Source: Podarcis erhardii | Lineage: Eukaryota | Assembly (NCBI GenBank): GCA_964252035.1 | Contig: OZ176200.1 | Reading direction: 5' to 3' (one strand) | DNA length: 64,000 bases | In this document: piece by piece, positions 37,774-52,551 of the stretch | How the letters are laid out: every line of letters begins with the position of its first letter | How positions within the stretch are numbered: position 1 is the first letter of the stretch | Program-made: the position numbers and the translations under genes | The notes under the pieces: generated by a model | Databases searched by the model: none | What the model was told of the DNA's origin: nothing | Seen by the model: the letters and a program-made list of their open reading frames with translations, nothing else

Positions 37774-39154
37774 TATATGGGATTGACTTAAAAAGTGTTT
37801 TTATTTACAATGTTGTAGTGTTCACTGTTGCTTCTGTAACGTGCCTTGATGATACAAATGAACTACTTTGATCGGTTGGTAACCTTTTACATAACTAACT
37901 TTATCACAAGTTAAGACAAGTTCTGTGTTCTACAAGGTCTGAAAAAGCCATTCTGGGAACAGGCTTGGTAAATATCTTAAGGTCACACAAAAATGAGAAT
38001 GTAAGAAAGGTTGCCTATCATCTATCTACCTATATCTATCTTCTGTTTTCAGATGCCCTCTATCAGATAATAAGCCTAGGTCAAGGGTCAGCAAACTTTT
38101 TCAGCAGGGGGCTGAAAAAACTGTCCCTCAGACCTTGTGGGGGGCTGGACATTATTGGGGGGGATGAACGAATTCCTATTCCTATGATTTTTGAGAGGGT
38201 CCACTGTCATAACAAGTCATTTATATAGCTGTTTATAGCAGAAGAGCCTGACATATCAGTTCCCCAGTATTGTATACCTGAAGTCCATAGTGGAAAATGT
38301 TTCGTTTAATCACAAGTGTTTATAGCCCTAATGGGGGGTTGGCAGCTGCTTTTTCTTTAACCATTGCATCAAACAGCCTTTTGCCAATGCTACAAATGTG
38401 TAAGTATCCCACTCCTTCCTCTCTCCACTCCCCAGTAAGATTGAATGAAAACCGAGGGACATAAACATGGTGTTTCGAAGTGGTTTTGTCAGCTTTGATG
38501 TACATTGTAGCCACTGTCACTTATTTCAAAATTAAACATTGATTGATCCTGGTTTAAACAGGTTTTGCTTCAGGTTTAAGTGTACTTGTTTGGCTACAAT
38601 TGGAATCCTACAAAAAAATAAAGTTTTATTGGTGAATCTTAACAGTTGAATTACCAGCTCTAGAGGAATGCATAGTATGCAGTTTGTCCAGTCTCCTCTT
38701 ATCCTGATCAACTTTTTTAAGTGGTTAACTATCAAGTGGACTTTGCATAAAGTCTAAACTAATTTCTTCTATGATGCTCCTGCCCATTTTGTTGCACACG
38801 CTTCTTGTGAGTTTGTCTTGTTACTGCCTGTGCTTGGGAGTAGGGACTGCGAAACAACAGTGCAACCCAACGTTGGCATTGTTGAGCTTAGAGGAGGAGT
38901 TCTTTCTATGTACCTTGATAAAGAGTAAGAAATAATCTGCAGTACAAGGTGGCGTGGCAAATGTCTAAAGGAAAGCATACAGCTATGTTTTCAAGTTGTT
39001 TCTGTTTTTGCCCCCAGCCTTTTCCCCTTTATCAGTGTGTGTTCTCTTCTTTGCTGCTCAGGATTTCTACAAATGACTAGTTTTTCTAGGCTGAAGTCCT
39101 TGGCAGATGTCTACACCTGGATAAGGCAATTGCTGAAGGCTATGGGTGGTTCTA

Positions 39155-39528
39155 GGGACGCGGGTAGCGCTGTGGGTAAAACCACAGTGCCTAGGGCTTG
39201 CCGATCGTATGGTCGGCGGTTCGAATCCCTGCGGCGGGGTGAGCTCCCGTCTTTCGGTCCCAGCTCCTGCCCACCTAGCAGTTCAAAAGCACCCCTAAGT
39301 GCAAGTAGATAAATATAGCGGGATATATTTATAGCGGGAAGGTAAACGGCGTTTCCGTGTGCTGCGCTTGTGCTGGCTCGCCAGAGCAGCTTCGTCACGC
39401 TGGCCACGTGACCTGGAAGTGTCTCCGGACAGCGCTGGCCCCTGGCCTCTTAAGTGAGATGGGCGCACAACCCTAGAGTCGGACACGACTGGCCCGTACG
39501 GGCAGGGGTACCTTTACTTTTACCTTTT
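39155..39528 (+). mobile_element. Sauria SINE, full length
   Basis: GGGACGCGGGTAGCGCTGTGG head with B-box GGTTCGAATCC; (ACCTTT)n-type tail; perfect 14-bp TSD TATGGGTGGTTCTA at 39141-39154 and 39529-39542. Confidence 0.9.
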
Positions 39529-41025
39529 TATGGGTGGTTCTACTAAATCACATGACCTGCTATGTATAACTTTATACAGGGATTGCTCTGTATTGCTGTG
39601 TGCTTTTGCCAACATCTAAATGGAGGTAGTTGTGGTGGAGAACAGACTTAGTGATCCCAGACTGGAAGCATCTTGATAAGTCTCGCCTGTGCTTATAATA
39701 TGTCTGACAGAGGGCTGCAGAGATAGCATCTGAAACAGAAAACCTGGGATTAAAAGACTCTAATTTTACAGAATGCAGACTAGGGCTCTTCTTTTGGAGT
39801 GAGATCATGATTCTCTATGTAGAAATGGGCAGGGTGTGTGAGGGTGTATGGAGAGAAACAATTTGCCAGCAATACTAACTGGGTGAAAAAAACATTCTGA
39901 GGAATGTGCCTATAGGGTGGTAATTACATTCTCAGAAACCAGCTATCAGTCTAAAGGGTTTGGGTTGTAAACCCGGCTAATGCTGGCAACATCCTTCCAC
40001 TTGAGCCCATGAGCTCAGCGCTTTTCAGAAAGTGTCAATACAGTGATGACAATTTAATGCATATAGTGCAAACTTTGTTTTGCAGTTCTAGAATATTGTG
40101 ACAGAAGCTGCATGGCCAAGAAGAGAGTATACTTCCCACACCAAGATTCTGTTTTTCTTATAACACTATCTTCTGTTAAAAATTAATGTAAATATTTGTA
40201 ATAAAACAAAGTAATGAGGAGGAAGCTTTATTTTGCACAGTATTGTGTGCATTACGCAGGCACAATTACTACTGGAACCAAGTGGAAACCAGCAGTGGAC
40301 CAGTTTTAAGAATTGCCAGCTAACTTCCTTTTTTCCAAAAGGGATGTACCACAGTTAGCTCCTCATGCCCATTGTTTAGAAAGGGACGTTGGAACAGTGT
40401 CTTGTTGGGGGGAAATAACACAGTTGCATCCTGCATTCCTAAACATTAAAGCTTTGGCAATGTGGCGAGGAACATAATTGTGCTATAATGTCATCTTGTT
40501 TCTGTGAGCTGTTGTATGGCTTCAAACAGTCTTTTTTCAATATTATGTGAAAAAAATAAATTGGTGCGTCTGGAAAAAACTGTCTAGCTTAACTTTCTCA
40601 GATGGTCACTTTTAAGTTGGTTTTGTTTTTGTTTTAAATGGGGGAAGAGTCAGGCAAGCACATCCCACATGCAGCTTGAAGTGGTTCAGAACCCCTTGGT
40701 TCTGCTGATCGGCATGAGAGGGTAAATAGATAACGTTATTAGATCAGACTCTGGTTTTATGATGTGCCAAACCTTTAAAGCAGCTGTGGTTGATGGGAGT
40801 TGGAGAGCAGCAAACATTTGGAAGGCACCAAGTCAGCAAAGGCTGTTCTAAAGTACAATTCCCATGTGAAGCATGGGCTAAGCAGATCTGGTTGGTGGCA
40901 TCTCACTCTAGCCCAGGACAGATCATAAGGAAGAAAGTGGCATCGTACATGGCAGAGGAGTGAAAAGTTGTTACTGGCAACTTCTCATCAATCAGTAGGA
41001 AGAACCAGATATAAAACATACAGAG

Positions 41026-41079
<54 letters not shown>

Positions 41080-41215
41080 TAATTATACCCCGCCCATCTG
41101 GCTGAGTTTCCCCAGCCACTCTGGGCGGCTTCCAATCGAGTGTTAAAAATAATACAGCATTAAATATTAAAAACTTCCCTAAACAGGGCTGCCTTCAGAT
41201 GTCTTTTAAAGATGT
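41026..41215 (-). mobile_element. 3' end of the same L2-type LINE (minus strand) with (AAT)n tail
   Basis: Reverse complement of the 16911-16973 segment, extended 5', with (AAT)n at 41026-41077. Confidence 0.6.
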
Positions 41216-41263
41216 CCATGTTGCACAGCTGGAAAGTTAAAAGCTTTAAGACCTAATTGGGGG

Positions 41264-41355
41264 AAAGTACAGTGAGTTGGAAGGGCACAGAGGCTCACAG
41301 AGGCTACGCTTTGAAAGAGAGTCATCATTATACTTTTAAAATGTAGCTCTAAGTG
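41264..41355 (+). repeat. 92-bp perfect direct repeat, copy 1 (copy 2 at 41632-41723)
   Basis: The two copies are base-for-base identical at an offset of 368 bp. Confidence 0.95.
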
Positions 41356-41631
41356 TCAAGAGAGGAAAGAGATAAGATATTAGGCCTACATTTTAAAAAA
41401 TCCTTGGAGATAGAAGGTAAAAAGGCTGAAATCTACAGAGATATACCCAAACATCTATTGGATCTTAGGACCACTTACACAGACCTGACCAAATTGTTAA
41501 GACATAACGCAATTCCTTATAGGTGGGAGTTTCCACAAGGACTATCATTTACTTATAAAGAAAGGAAAGTAAGAATCAAAACACCTGAGGATCAGCAGAA
41601 GTTCCTACACGACCACGAGGAGGACCTCCAA
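41356..41631 (+). mobile_element. Internal fragment of L1 ORF1 (RRM end and C-terminal domain), stop-free
   Basis: REERDKIL...EIYRDIPKHLLDLR...LRHNAIPYRWEFPQGLSFTYKERK resembles the non-mammalian L1 ORF1p C-terminus (I.Y.W.FP motif). Confidence 0.8.
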
Positions 41632-41723
41632 AAAGTACAGTGAGTTGGAAGGGCACAGAGGCTCACAGAGGCTACGCTTTGAAAGAGAGTCATCATTATA
41701 CTTTTAAAATGTAGCTCTAAGTG
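41632..41723 (+). repeat. 92-bp perfect direct repeat, copy 2
   Basis: Identical to 41264-41355. Confidence 0.95.
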
Positions 41724-42112
41724 CTGTACTTGGGATTTTCGGAGTAGTTACTTCCATTCCACTGGCACTAACCATCCTTCGAATGGTGTTTCTGTTTGAG
41801 GACTAAGTGGTACATTTTGTTTAATGTTGAGAGAGCTGATAAATCAGTTAAATCTGGGCTCCTTTCCATGCTGAGGGAAATGTCATCATCAATGTTTTTT
41901 TTTCATAATTTACCATTTATTAAGGAAAATAATAAAACACAGAAAATTAGTAACTATTTGTTATGAATCATGCCAATTTTTGTAAATCAACACTCATAAA
42001 AAAATCATGGTAACATGTCTGAGCACATCTAAATGCATAGGTTTTTAACTCCATTCTGTACTTTCACTTTCAGCAAATTTGAATCAATATCTTAACATCT
42101 TTAAAAAAAAAA

Positions 42113-42620
42113 TTTTTATTAAAGTTTTCTTGGTTTACAAAGGTATGTGCAATGTCTGTTTTTTCAAGTTACATTTTCCATAGGTCAGTTTCATTTGTTG
42201 AGACATTAGGGTTACATTAGGAAGAAAAGGGGGGGAGAGGTGGAGGGGGGAAGAGGTGAGTGGGGGTGGGGTCAGGAGGTGATGTTTCTAATTTGTTTAA
42301 TGTATGTGTGGGGTTTTGTGTCGGCATAGCTTGTGCAGGTTCTCTTTGCTATTCGCTTGTGTTCCTTTGGTGGTGAGAGAAGTTGGGGTTGGCCTAAGGT
42401 GCGGTTGCTTGTTTGTGATTGGCTGTGTTGAACTTTGTTTTCATGTGCGAGTGGGGTGTGTGTGTGTTTTTGAATCAGGTTAGCTGTATTGATTCGTATG
42501 CTGTTGGTGGATTCTTGTCGTTGTCTTGTTGGGCTGTGTATGTGATAAAGGGGAGCCATGCCGGGGTGAAGGTATCTTCTTCTATTTGTCCCCTTGTCAG
42601 TTTCAGGTTTTTCATGGATG
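42113..42620 (-). mobile_element. 5'-truncated L1 (ORF2 C-terminus and 3' UTR)
   Basis: KLTRGQIEEDTFTPAWLPFITY...PPTAYESI* followed by a 3' UTR ending AATAAAAA; boundaries approximate. Confidence 0.6.
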
Positions 42621-43084
42621 GTGGGCCCTCCCGACTCAGCTCTTCCATCTGCTGTTCCCAGGCATGTCTCTCCCCGCACTCCTTTTCCCCTCCCCAACCC
42701 AAGAGGCCTCTAAATTCTGCAGAATAAGCTGGTGTACAGCTGTTGGTCTCTAGGGTTCTACTTCTGGATGGCTCTGAACTTTGCCTTTCATGTTGTTTTG
42801 GATTTTCTTCTTGGAGGAAGTAATTGGGTAAACTAGTTAATAGCAGCAGAAGTGTGAACAATGAATCTCTCCATCATCAAAGCAGAGGAACTGATTACAA
42901 CGAGTAACAGAAAAATGGAGTTAGAGTAAATACCCCCCTTTCCTTTCCTTTTGCTCCATTTTGTAATAGCTACACAGCCCTTCATATTAATGAATCCCAA
43001 TAAATGTATCTTTTTCTTCACAAAGTTTTTTTTAAAGAGTTTTGTTCTGATATAATAGCTTGGAAGTCCGCCCTCTCCAAAATA

Positions 43085-43310
43085 CAGTGGTACCTCTGGT
43101 TACATAACGCTTCAGGTTACATATGCTTCAGGTTACAGACTCCGCTAACCCAGAAATATTACCTCGGGTTAAGAACTTTGCTTCAGGATGAGAACAGAAA
43201 TTGTGCTCCGGCGGGGCAGCGGCAGCGGGAGGCCCCATTAGCTAAAGTGGTGCTTCAGGTTAAGAACGGACCTCCAGAACGAATTAAGTACTTAACCTGA
43301 GGTGCCGCTG
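43085..43310 (-). mobile_element. MITE family A, copy 3 (226 bp, opposite orientation)
   Basis: Reverse complement of family A with TA flanks; 16 bp shorter through an internal deletion among the repeated TAACCTGAA motifs. Confidence 0.88.
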
Positions 43311-46300
43311 TATAGGGATTATTATATCAGGCAGTGTTCACCTGGCTGGTGCTTTGAAGTGCTCGAACACATTCAGTTGTTCCCTGAGTACATCAGGCAC
43401 AACTAAAGGGTAAAAATGTATGTTCTGTATGTTAGTAATAATAAACAGAGTTGTCTGGTAGTCTGACTGGGAAACTTGCTTGGGTACATGCCTGAAGCAA
43501 ATATTGAGTGCTGCTAAACCTAGAGCAATTTCTACATTACAGAAATAGGTTAAAAAAAAAATCCTCTGTACTGAAAAGAACCACGAATCTTCACAGTGAA
43601 ACAAGTCATCCAACTCTCCAAACTGTAAATAGGACTTGGTGGCCAATATTTTCTTCTTCTTGCAGTGATTCCTAATGTAAATAAAACACATTAAATATAG
43701 TCCCACAAACTATTTTAAGTCTGTAAATATGTTCAAAAAAATGAAATATCCATGTGCAATGGGTTGAAAATTAGAAATTTTGCCCCATGGTTTGGTGTTT
43801 TGTTTTTTGGTTAATGCACAATTTTTCTGCTCTACTTGGCTCCTCTTGTTCCTTGGCTAGAGCACAGTACACAGATTGTGTCATCATTGTTCATAAAAGC
43901 ACTTGTAATCAATGAGAATGCCATGGCAAATAACAGGAATTCTAAGGGAAACATGAGGAATGCATGCAGTTTTTGCTATTGATCCAGTTATGTCTTTGGT
44001 TCAGTTGTTTTAGGAAGAGGTTGAAGAATGTATGAATCATTTGCAATTTATCAATTAGAGAAAAGCTTCACTGTCTTTGTGTTTGTTGTGCTACAGTAGC
44101 TTTTCCCCAACCCAGTGCCCTGTAGTCAAAAATATCTGGAAGGCACCAGATTGGGGGAGGCTGCATTATAACAAGAAAGGTTGGTTTAAATATTGGGGAA
44201 ACTACTGTATCTGACTCTGATGTAAGCTGCCAAATAGGAAAGCAGGACAGCCAAGCTTTTTGAGGCTTGTCTAGAAGTGAATGGATCCTGTCCTCTGAGG
44301 GATGGTTTGGGAATGAACTCACTCCTATAACATAGAGGCGGGAGGGAGCAGATTGGTTAAATTTATTGAGCTGGAAGTGATCTGGCTTTCATAAGTAAGT
44401 TGACATTGAGGTTAGAAATGTACATGACACAAATGGCAAAATGCTTTGAAAGTACTGCAGTACTGTAATACAGCTGATTCATCTGGAGATGAGTCAGGAG
44501 AAGTGATACCATTACATATTAAAGTTAAAAATACCCCACCTTCAGCTGATGAGGGTGGTAACAAGCAACTATTTAGCTGTGAGGACATATGCTATAAAAT
44601 GGTACTATTTAGGTGCTTGGAGAAAGCTGAGGATTTATTCTCTCACCTATTTCTGCATTAATGAATTAATGGTGTCTTTTCCTTTAGATGTGGCACATTT
44701 GTTCACTTTCAGAGATAATGAAAGAAAGGTAGAAGCTGGAGAGCTCTAATTTCTCAATTGAGCAATATCTATCTTGTTCCCCCCTTGGATTGAAGGCAAA
44801 ATAAAATGTATGGTTGTCTGTAGAACTGCTGTGGACTGCATTCTGAATAAATTGGTGTCTGTTGGCAATACGAATTACAGTATCCTGAAACTAAGAAAAT
44901 TATATGCTTAATGTTAGAGAAACATCTACGAAGTCATAGCTTTGGAGATGGGCTGGCTAAGCATATAAAGTCTAGTACAGATTTTTGAGGTACAAAAATA
45001 TATTGGGCCCATATTACCGACTATCAGGAGCACAGAGGAGTGTTGAGTCTTTGATCTGGCAAGCTGGTCTGTTTACACTGGAGACATCCAATATGGTTCC
45101 ATATGCAGTTATTAACTGCTCGGAGATTTAAGAAGCTGAGTGTCCTGAAATCCCTTAAGTTGACTCTTCTCTGGCTTGCTGTTTTGCCAAGGTTTCTGGT
45201 GTGGAAATGTCATCTCCTGCTTGGAAGATGTGTCACTTGTGGGACTGGAACACTTAGCTAAATCTTCTCTGAAACTGGATCAGGCATTTGAAATGGGCAT
45301 AGATTCCAAGGGAGAGGCCGGGAAATGCTCGTTCCTGGCTGCTTTCTCAACCAGGTGACTCTTCCTTAGGGAGTGCCCCCTGGACAAGGAAAAACACCCA
45401 TTGCACAACTGTGCATGCATAGGATTTACTTGCTGCTGTTCAGCACAGGAGCAACAGCTCCTTTGTTGAATACCAGCTTATCAAGCTCCTCTTCAAAAAG
45501 AATACTGTGTTTAAAAGTTTTACTGTGCCATAGCTGCAGCCCACAAAGTGAACTTTGGGTCACTCCAAAAATGTGAGTACTAGTGTTTCTTTATGTGTCA
45601 TCTTAAAGGCCTAATGGATTAACTACAGGTGGCGGCAATGCAAATCTTAAAATTTAATCTAAGCAGTACAGGTATTTCCTGTTGCTTTGCTTGTTTCTTT
45701 ACTGAACGATGACATGTTTCTTGCCTATTGTTTTCTTTGTTATTGGCGTCTGATTTGTATTGCGTGCAATGTACTTTTGTTGGTTTGTTTGATTATATTA
45801 TATTAAGTCTCAATAATACGCTGTAAAATCTAAACTAAGATGATTTATAATTGAAGTTGATACAGAACAGTCTCTGCTCTCATTAGCTCTTGGTGGCTGT
45901 TGCTCAGTCACTTGTGCTCACATCCTGGCTAGTATTGTCAGCAGGTCTTCTTGTGACACAAGGTGGCAGGGAAGATAGAGAACACAGCGGGGACCTGGAA
46001 AGGTTTCTTGTCTTGGAATCCGCTTTCCCAGAGGTCTACTGAAAGCTGGCTTTATTCTTGGTTATTTGCAGAATAATTAATATTAATAGTGGGTAACGTG
46101 GTTTCAATGGAGTGATTGAGAAAATATTCCTGAAGTATGAAGAGAAAGTAAGCAATGAGTAGGTAGAGGGTCCTGCAGGTCCTAAGTAGAACCATGTCAG
46201 GCTGGATCCCTTACTCCAGTTTGGAAACACTTGAACTTGAGATTATCCCAGTTGACAAACCTCATTGGTCTTTGTGCCCCAAGTCCGGTAAAGATTACCT

Positions 46301-49300
46301 CTACTTGCTGATGCGCTGTGTGTTTGGATGCAACACAGGGTAATAAAATACATTAGCTTTTATCTGGTCACAATAGGTTGGATACCCCGTGGGCAGCTTG
46401 TCTATTGGTGTGTGCTGCTGCCAACCACAGAGGCACCGAGTGGTCCTGTTGGTGGAAAAGCTTCAGATGGTTGCACTTTTCTTAAACTTCCACTCAAGTG
46501 CCCAGGCACCACCTGGGTGTATTGAAGGGTGGTGCACAGGGAGAGGTTCTGTTTTCAGTAAACCTATACAGGTGGATAATTTATAGCCAGGCTTCCTGGA
46601 ATGTGTGGGCATGTGACGACAGCAGTCCATATGTTTCAAAGCTATAGGTCAAATAATTCAAGTAATGAGGAACCCCCCCCCTTTAAATTCTGGCTTGTTC
46701 TGTGTTTGCTTCCCAACACAAACATTCTCAGCTTTAACTCTAGAAACTGAAGAACTAGATGCTTTAATTTGTTTGATTTGGCATCTTAAAGTCATTTAAA
46801 TAACCCCTGAGCTGCAGATTCGGGACTATGTTTCTCGTGACTTTGGTGTTACAGAATGGTAGCCTTGGATCTAGAGTTTGTATGTTCAAAAAACAAAAGA
46901 AACTCACAGGCAGAGAGAAAGTGCTTATAATTTGAGAGGGAGGAGGGTGTTGGAGGAGCACAATTACTATAGTTAGAGAAACTCAATCCACTGTAGAGGA
47001 GTTAACCTTTCCCAAACAAGTATATTTAAGTTCTTAAAGCAAAAGCAAAATGACTGGGCTTCCCCATGGGTCACTCCTACAGCAACTTGACTTCTTAATT
47101 ATTACACACTGGGCTCTCCCTAGTTTAGCTCACAAGGAATCAGCAGTTGTGTTGATGTGTTTAATAACTTAAGTGGTCCCTGTATGAGCATTCCCACATG
47201 GTGCTGTGCATAAGTCAATATATATTCTGCCTGCAGAAGTTTGCAGCATTGCTTGGGGCTCAGTCAGAGCAAATCCAGCTGGGTAAACTTCATTTCCTAG
47301 CCTTTCAGATAGAAGAAATCATTTGTTGACTCAAATTATGTGGAAGCTGAATTTTGATTGTCCAAAGGATATTTATTGTTCAATGAGGGTTGTTTTTATT
47401 TAAAAATGAGATGCATCTTTGAAAACCATAAATAAGCGTCTGGGCTGTAGGATGCCCAGATGAGGAAGTAAGGCAGATTAATTGGGGCAGGTGGGAGAGC
47501 TGGGCTGTGGGCCAGTGCTGCCTGGACAGGAGATCTATGTTTGTGTTGGCTCCTTCCGGTTGGTGAGGAGCTGTTGCTTTGTACAGCTGTCCTGACCGGG
47601 CCTTTTCATACCACCCTGATACTTCTAAACTCTGGGGTAATATCTTTTTACAGTAGGACTTGGAATATTTCCAGTATATTTGCTAGAGAGTGACACCTTG
47701 GATTGCAAGGGGTAGCTGCTCCTGTTGCTATATTTGAGGGTGCCCCTCCCTAGATTCTGCTGAAACTGAGAAGTACATTCTGGGTGAGAGGGTTTTCTTA
47801 GTTGTCAGATGCAGTAGCTGTATTTGAGTCAGGCCAGTGAGAATTGGCTACAAAGCTGTGTTCACTTTTTCCAGTGTACTAAGCAAGCACTTTAAGAACC
47901 TAGAGACGTCCCTTCCATCCCTTGGTATCTGGCAGCCTTGTGTTTGGGTATGTAAATCTGTAACGAAACTGGGACTCTTAAAACGTGTGTAAGGGAAAGT
48001 GAGCCTAGTTAGTTGGGACGGAGTCTTTGGGCTTGCTTGGTAACTTCCTTGGTGGTCAGGTAAGCTAGGGCTGTTAGAGTTTTCAGTACCTAAACCAGGA
48101 GCATGCATTTTAAAACACTTTCCCACGTAACAGGAGAGGGTTGATGTGGCAACATAGCAGTGGCTTAATCTCCTTCTGTTTGGGTGCCAATTTTTCTCTT
48201 AAGGATCTCTCGGAGCATTCAGTATCATGGAAACTATTGCCACAAGCGTTTGAAGGGAGGATGAAACCCAGTCCTTTGTGCCATGGGAGCTCTGCCTTGC
48301 CATGGGAGCAAGTTGGATACCTTTCCAGGGTGTGGGGGAGCTTTTTATAGCAAGGAATGTGCAAGAGGCAATGAGCAACAGTCAAGTATGTCCATCAGTC
48401 ATTAACCATGAGCTAACCTTTATAATGAGCTATGATAATGGAATCCTCCTGTCACCGAAACAGGCTGTGGAGGGTGTCTGGGAACCTCTATTTTTGCTGT
48501 GTACGGTACATTACATGCATGCCAGCTGAGACCACTGACACAGTCTTACTAGAATTGTAGTGACTAGATAAGCATGTGTATATTGTCGAGTGAATATCTA
48601 GGAAAGTGAGACTGAGGAGGTGGTTTTAGGGTAGCATGACCAGTGCGCCAGAACAATGCTATAGGACAGAGCACAAGAGGTGGGGGTGCCAGGTGCCACT
48701 AAAATTTGAGAGCCCAAAGTCTGCCACTGGAGGCTGCTAGGGTGAAAAGTGAGCAAATGCACTACAGTGTAGCCACTCTTGTGGTGGTAAGATATAACTA
48801 TGGTCTGCTTAAACCCAAGAGCTCAAGCGCTGACAATATTATTTTTGTTCTGTTAAACAGCTTGGTAAGTTCTTTTCCTTCCAGAAAGGGAACAAACAAA
48901 AGTCCTTTGATAATACCCTAAGAATCAAGGCAGTCTGCAGAACCTTGGAGACTGACTGATGATATTAGCTTTTTGTAGGCAATGTAGTAATTCTGAATAT
49001 TACATAGGGGCTTGGATGTACTGAAATGACACATCTAGTCCCTTAAAAATCTATATACAGTGTTCCTCAGTGGATTCAGCTGTTGCAGGAGCAGCTTCCA
49101 GATTTCTCCCCTGGGATAGAGATCCCTTACCAGAGATGCCTCCCACACTCCTGACTGTGAACTGAATTGGAAAAGTAGGCAGCTGGGGTGAATGTGCCTT
49201 TGTACACTTGGGCATGTCCCAGTCTGGCCCTAACTCAACTCCTCCCAGTATCACGGAAAAGACTTGTCCTGTAAGTACTTTGTGCTACTAGTGGTATTGT

Positions 49301-49529
49301 ATGTGAAGATTCCCCCACAAGGAACCAGAAGGCCTACCTCATTCTTGTCCCTGTAGATAGTGACCGACATTCCTATATAATGGGGCTAGCCTGTTTGGGT
49401 TTGGATGACTCTCTACTTTTCAGTGTCTCATTGGAATTGCCATGTTCTGCTACATATACAGTTATTTTGCTTTTCTTCCCAGCTGCTCCAAAATCTGCAA
49501 AAATTCTCTGCTGCAAGGAAACCAGAGTG

Positions 49530-49583
49530 ATGTCATCAGAAGATGATACTGGTGGGGAGGCACCCAGTGGCAGTTTCTGGGAG
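49530..49583 (+). CDS. PACSIN3: PACSIN3 coding exon 1 (MSSEDDTGGEAPSGSFWE)
   Basis: Exon acceptor ttttcttcccag| at 49482/49483; ATG at 49530; donor GAG|GTAAGA. Confidence 0.93.
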
Positions 49584-49974
49584 GTAAGAGAGGGCAAGAT
49601 GGAAATAAAAGGGTTCCCCTTTGTCTAGAGTCACATAGGATGTGCTAAGAAATACTACCTCAACCTTGGTTTCAGTACCTCCTGGCAGAGACGTACTGAC
49701 AGCAAGCCTAGGACAAGTTGTCATTGGATGCCCCTTTTTTAAATGGTTCCACGATCCTTAGTGCTGAATAATAATAATAATAATAATAGTCCCTGGAATG
49801 TGTCCATAACAGACAAGCCAGTTACCGCCCTGCCTTCCTTGCTCCAGCTGAGAATTTGGGTGGGGTCCTGAGATGGGAGTGAACCTAGAGCTCAGAAGCC
49901 TTCAAAAGGCTTGCCTGTTCTGCCTAAAGATATATCTGAGATGTGTGCAAGAATGACTGATGGTGTTAATCTAA

Positions 49975-50241
<267 letters not shown>

Positions 50242-51747
50242 TGAGTTGGCTTACCCCCTCAGCTAAGAGTTAATGAAATAGAGGTGCTGACCTGGCAACC
50301 ATGAGCAAGATAACATCATATCTTGGGGTTAGGCAGGGAAAACAAAAAGTTAATAAATTTGGAGAGGAATGTTTAAGGGGAGAGAGAGGACAGAAACCTT
50401 TCCAGATGTAGCAGGGATATAGTAAAGGATTAGATTTAGTTTGAAGTGTGTTATGGGAAAAACTTTTTGGTTTTCATGTTTGTTCTTCTAAGTGTCGTTA
50501 TAAACATTTTTCTAGGAATAAAGACATACCGGTAACATAGTCTAATTGACAATGTGGCTGGTATGCTCTATATTTCCCCCTTTTTTTATTTACCTACCCA
50601 GCAAATATTTAACTATTTATTTGTTGGGTTATTGTGTGGTTAAAATATTTTTTTTTAATAAAAGAAAATAAACGGGTTATTTGTTCCATTTTCCACTACT
50701 GTTGTTATGGAGGAATCTGCTCAAATTAATTATCGTACAAGAAATGGCTTTGTTAAAACATGTAAAGCTGATGAAGGGTTTTAGTTTTGTGGGAATGCCC
50801 TCAGAAAGTCTATGGCAGGGGTGAGGTCTCTGCAGCCCACTGGCCAAATTTGGTCCTCGAGGTCATGTTCCCCAAACCACACCCACCTGCCCCCATATGT
50901 GACATCAGGTGTGGGACAGATATAGAGACACAACTGGATCAGCTGTGGGACCAAGTTCTCTGTGAAGAACTCAATCATGAAGGTGATCTCTGCAGAAAGC
51001 ATGGTTGAAGTCACTTCCCTTTAGCTGTTGGACACTTGAGTTCAAACCTGCTTGTTTGGCTGCATGACCCATGGAGCTGATCCCTGAAGGAGGCAACATT
51101 GCAAGCAACACCCCTTGTGCTGCAGTTCATAAGATACTTTGATAGGTGAGTGGGGCAGCTGCCTCACAGGTGGGTTGATCCACCCACAAGTCAAAAGTTG
51201 GCTTGCGGAATGGGGGCATGGATAACCATCTGACCTACTGGGCCAAAACGATTCCCTATCCCTCGTCTATAGGATAAATTCTGAGGGGAAGACAATTTTA
51301 CTTTCATGGCTTTCAGCTACTGTCCCATTAACTGAGTGCTAAGTGCCACACAGGTCAGAAGAATTCATCAGCCCAAAGAATCTGGTCAACAGAAAGCCTT
51401 GCAGGAGGAACAAAAAGTAACCTGGCATAGTGTACTGGGAAGGCTATGTGTGATGGTAGCAAGTAGGTGATGAGAGACTTGGGTGCAGGTTGGAGGACTG
51501 CCAGTACAACTCTGGATGATCATTTCTTGGATTATAAAGATGGGGAGTCAATCAAGTCTTTATGCAACAGAGACTGAGCAGAAGTTTGTTGGCACACACT
51601 CTAGTTGCAGTTACCTAGGGTTGAGCTCAGCAAACTTTGTGTAGGCGGCAAATGCACTGTCTCACACTACTATCAATATGTGTTCCTCCCACACAGCTCT
51701 TTCTTTTTGAGCAGTAAATGTACTTTTGAGATAGATGACTTTGGTAA

Positions 51748-52143
<396 letters not shown>

Positions 52144-52362
52144 TGATTAATCAGCTTTACGGTCTGGGACTTAACAGATGGCAAAACAGCTCAGTCAGCC
52201 TATTGTCCAGCCTCATGTTGCTGGTCATAGGTTAGGCAGTGTTGAGATGTAAATTGTACTTTGCTGTTTTCCTGCCACTTCCTCTTGAATACAGCTGCTT
52301 GTCTCTGTATGTCATGGGAAATAACACTGCTGATACATTATTCCATATGATATCTCTGTTAG

Positions 52363-52551
<189 letters not shown>

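Noticed and set aside
16218-39528. tRNA-like A/B-box sequences as tRNA genes
   Set aside because: All are SINE heads followed by SINE bodies; no complete cloverleaf seen. There are no rRNA genes or CRISPR arrays in this eukaryotic window.
41264-41723. Reading the 92-bp repeats as LTRs of a mini-retrotransposon
   Set aside because: No TG...CA ends, primer-binding site, polypurine tract or external TSD, and the interior is L1 ORF1.
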